Assembly: GCA_049297315.1 (NCBI GenBank) | Contig: JBAQUE010000305.1 | Span: forward strand, 1-36,032 | Direction of reading: 5' to 3' | DNA: 36,032 bases | Source of the DNA: Rugosibacter sp. | GTDB taxonomy: Bacteria > Pseudomonadota > Gammaproteobacteria > Burkholderiales > Rhodocyclaceae | Part shown: positions 36,020 to 36,032 of the stretch, piece by piece | How the letters are laid out: every line of letters starts with the position of its first letter | How positions within the stretch are numbered: the first letter of the stretch is position 1 | Translations under genes and position numbers: made by a program | Notes under the pieces: generated by a model | What the model was told of the DNA's origin: nothing | Databases searched by the model: none | Seen by the model: the letters and a program-made list of their open reading frames with translations, nothing else

Positions 36020-36032
36020 GGCGTCGCCGTCC

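Overview
This GC-rich chromosomal window looks betaproteobacterial; gene order and content suggest a Rhodocyclales/Sterolibacteriaceae-like aromatic degrader (inference). The backbone is housekeeping: the 3' end of hppA, tRNA-Leu(CAA), gloA, a YgjP/M48-like gene, plsC, gmhB, glyS/glyQ, lnt, corC, ybeY, ybeZ(phoH), tRNA-Arg(ACG), a Dpp/Opp-type ABC transporter, mltD, gloB, a yafS-like methyltransferase, rnhA, dnaQ and kdoO. Accessory DNA interrupts this backbone in four places. (i) A Rieske oxygenase alpha subunit and a small uncharacterised partner sit right after tRNA-Leu. (ii) About 10.6 kb between lnt and glyQ carries an ArsR-rhodanese/DsrE/persulfide-dioxygenase-like/MFS/SHOCT/methyltransferase cluster, a 20%-Met periplasmic protein with a Cu(I) P1B-ATPase, an FAD oxidoreductase and an oxygenase reductase. 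(iii) A Rieske ferredoxin sits at the head of the ybeZ-ybeY-corC-lnt operon. (iv) A ClC transporter lies between the ABC genes and mltD. The most notable signals are a dispersed Rieske oxygenase electron chain that brackets a housekeeping operon, a shared TTGACnnG(T/A)CAA palindrome, a HExxH-less YgjP paralog, a probable CTG start for ybeZ, a two-copy intergenic repeat, a 21-bp tandem array enclosed by inverted repeats, and a repeat-like in-frame insertion inside the ABC ATPase. No integrase, transposase or CRISPR was seen.
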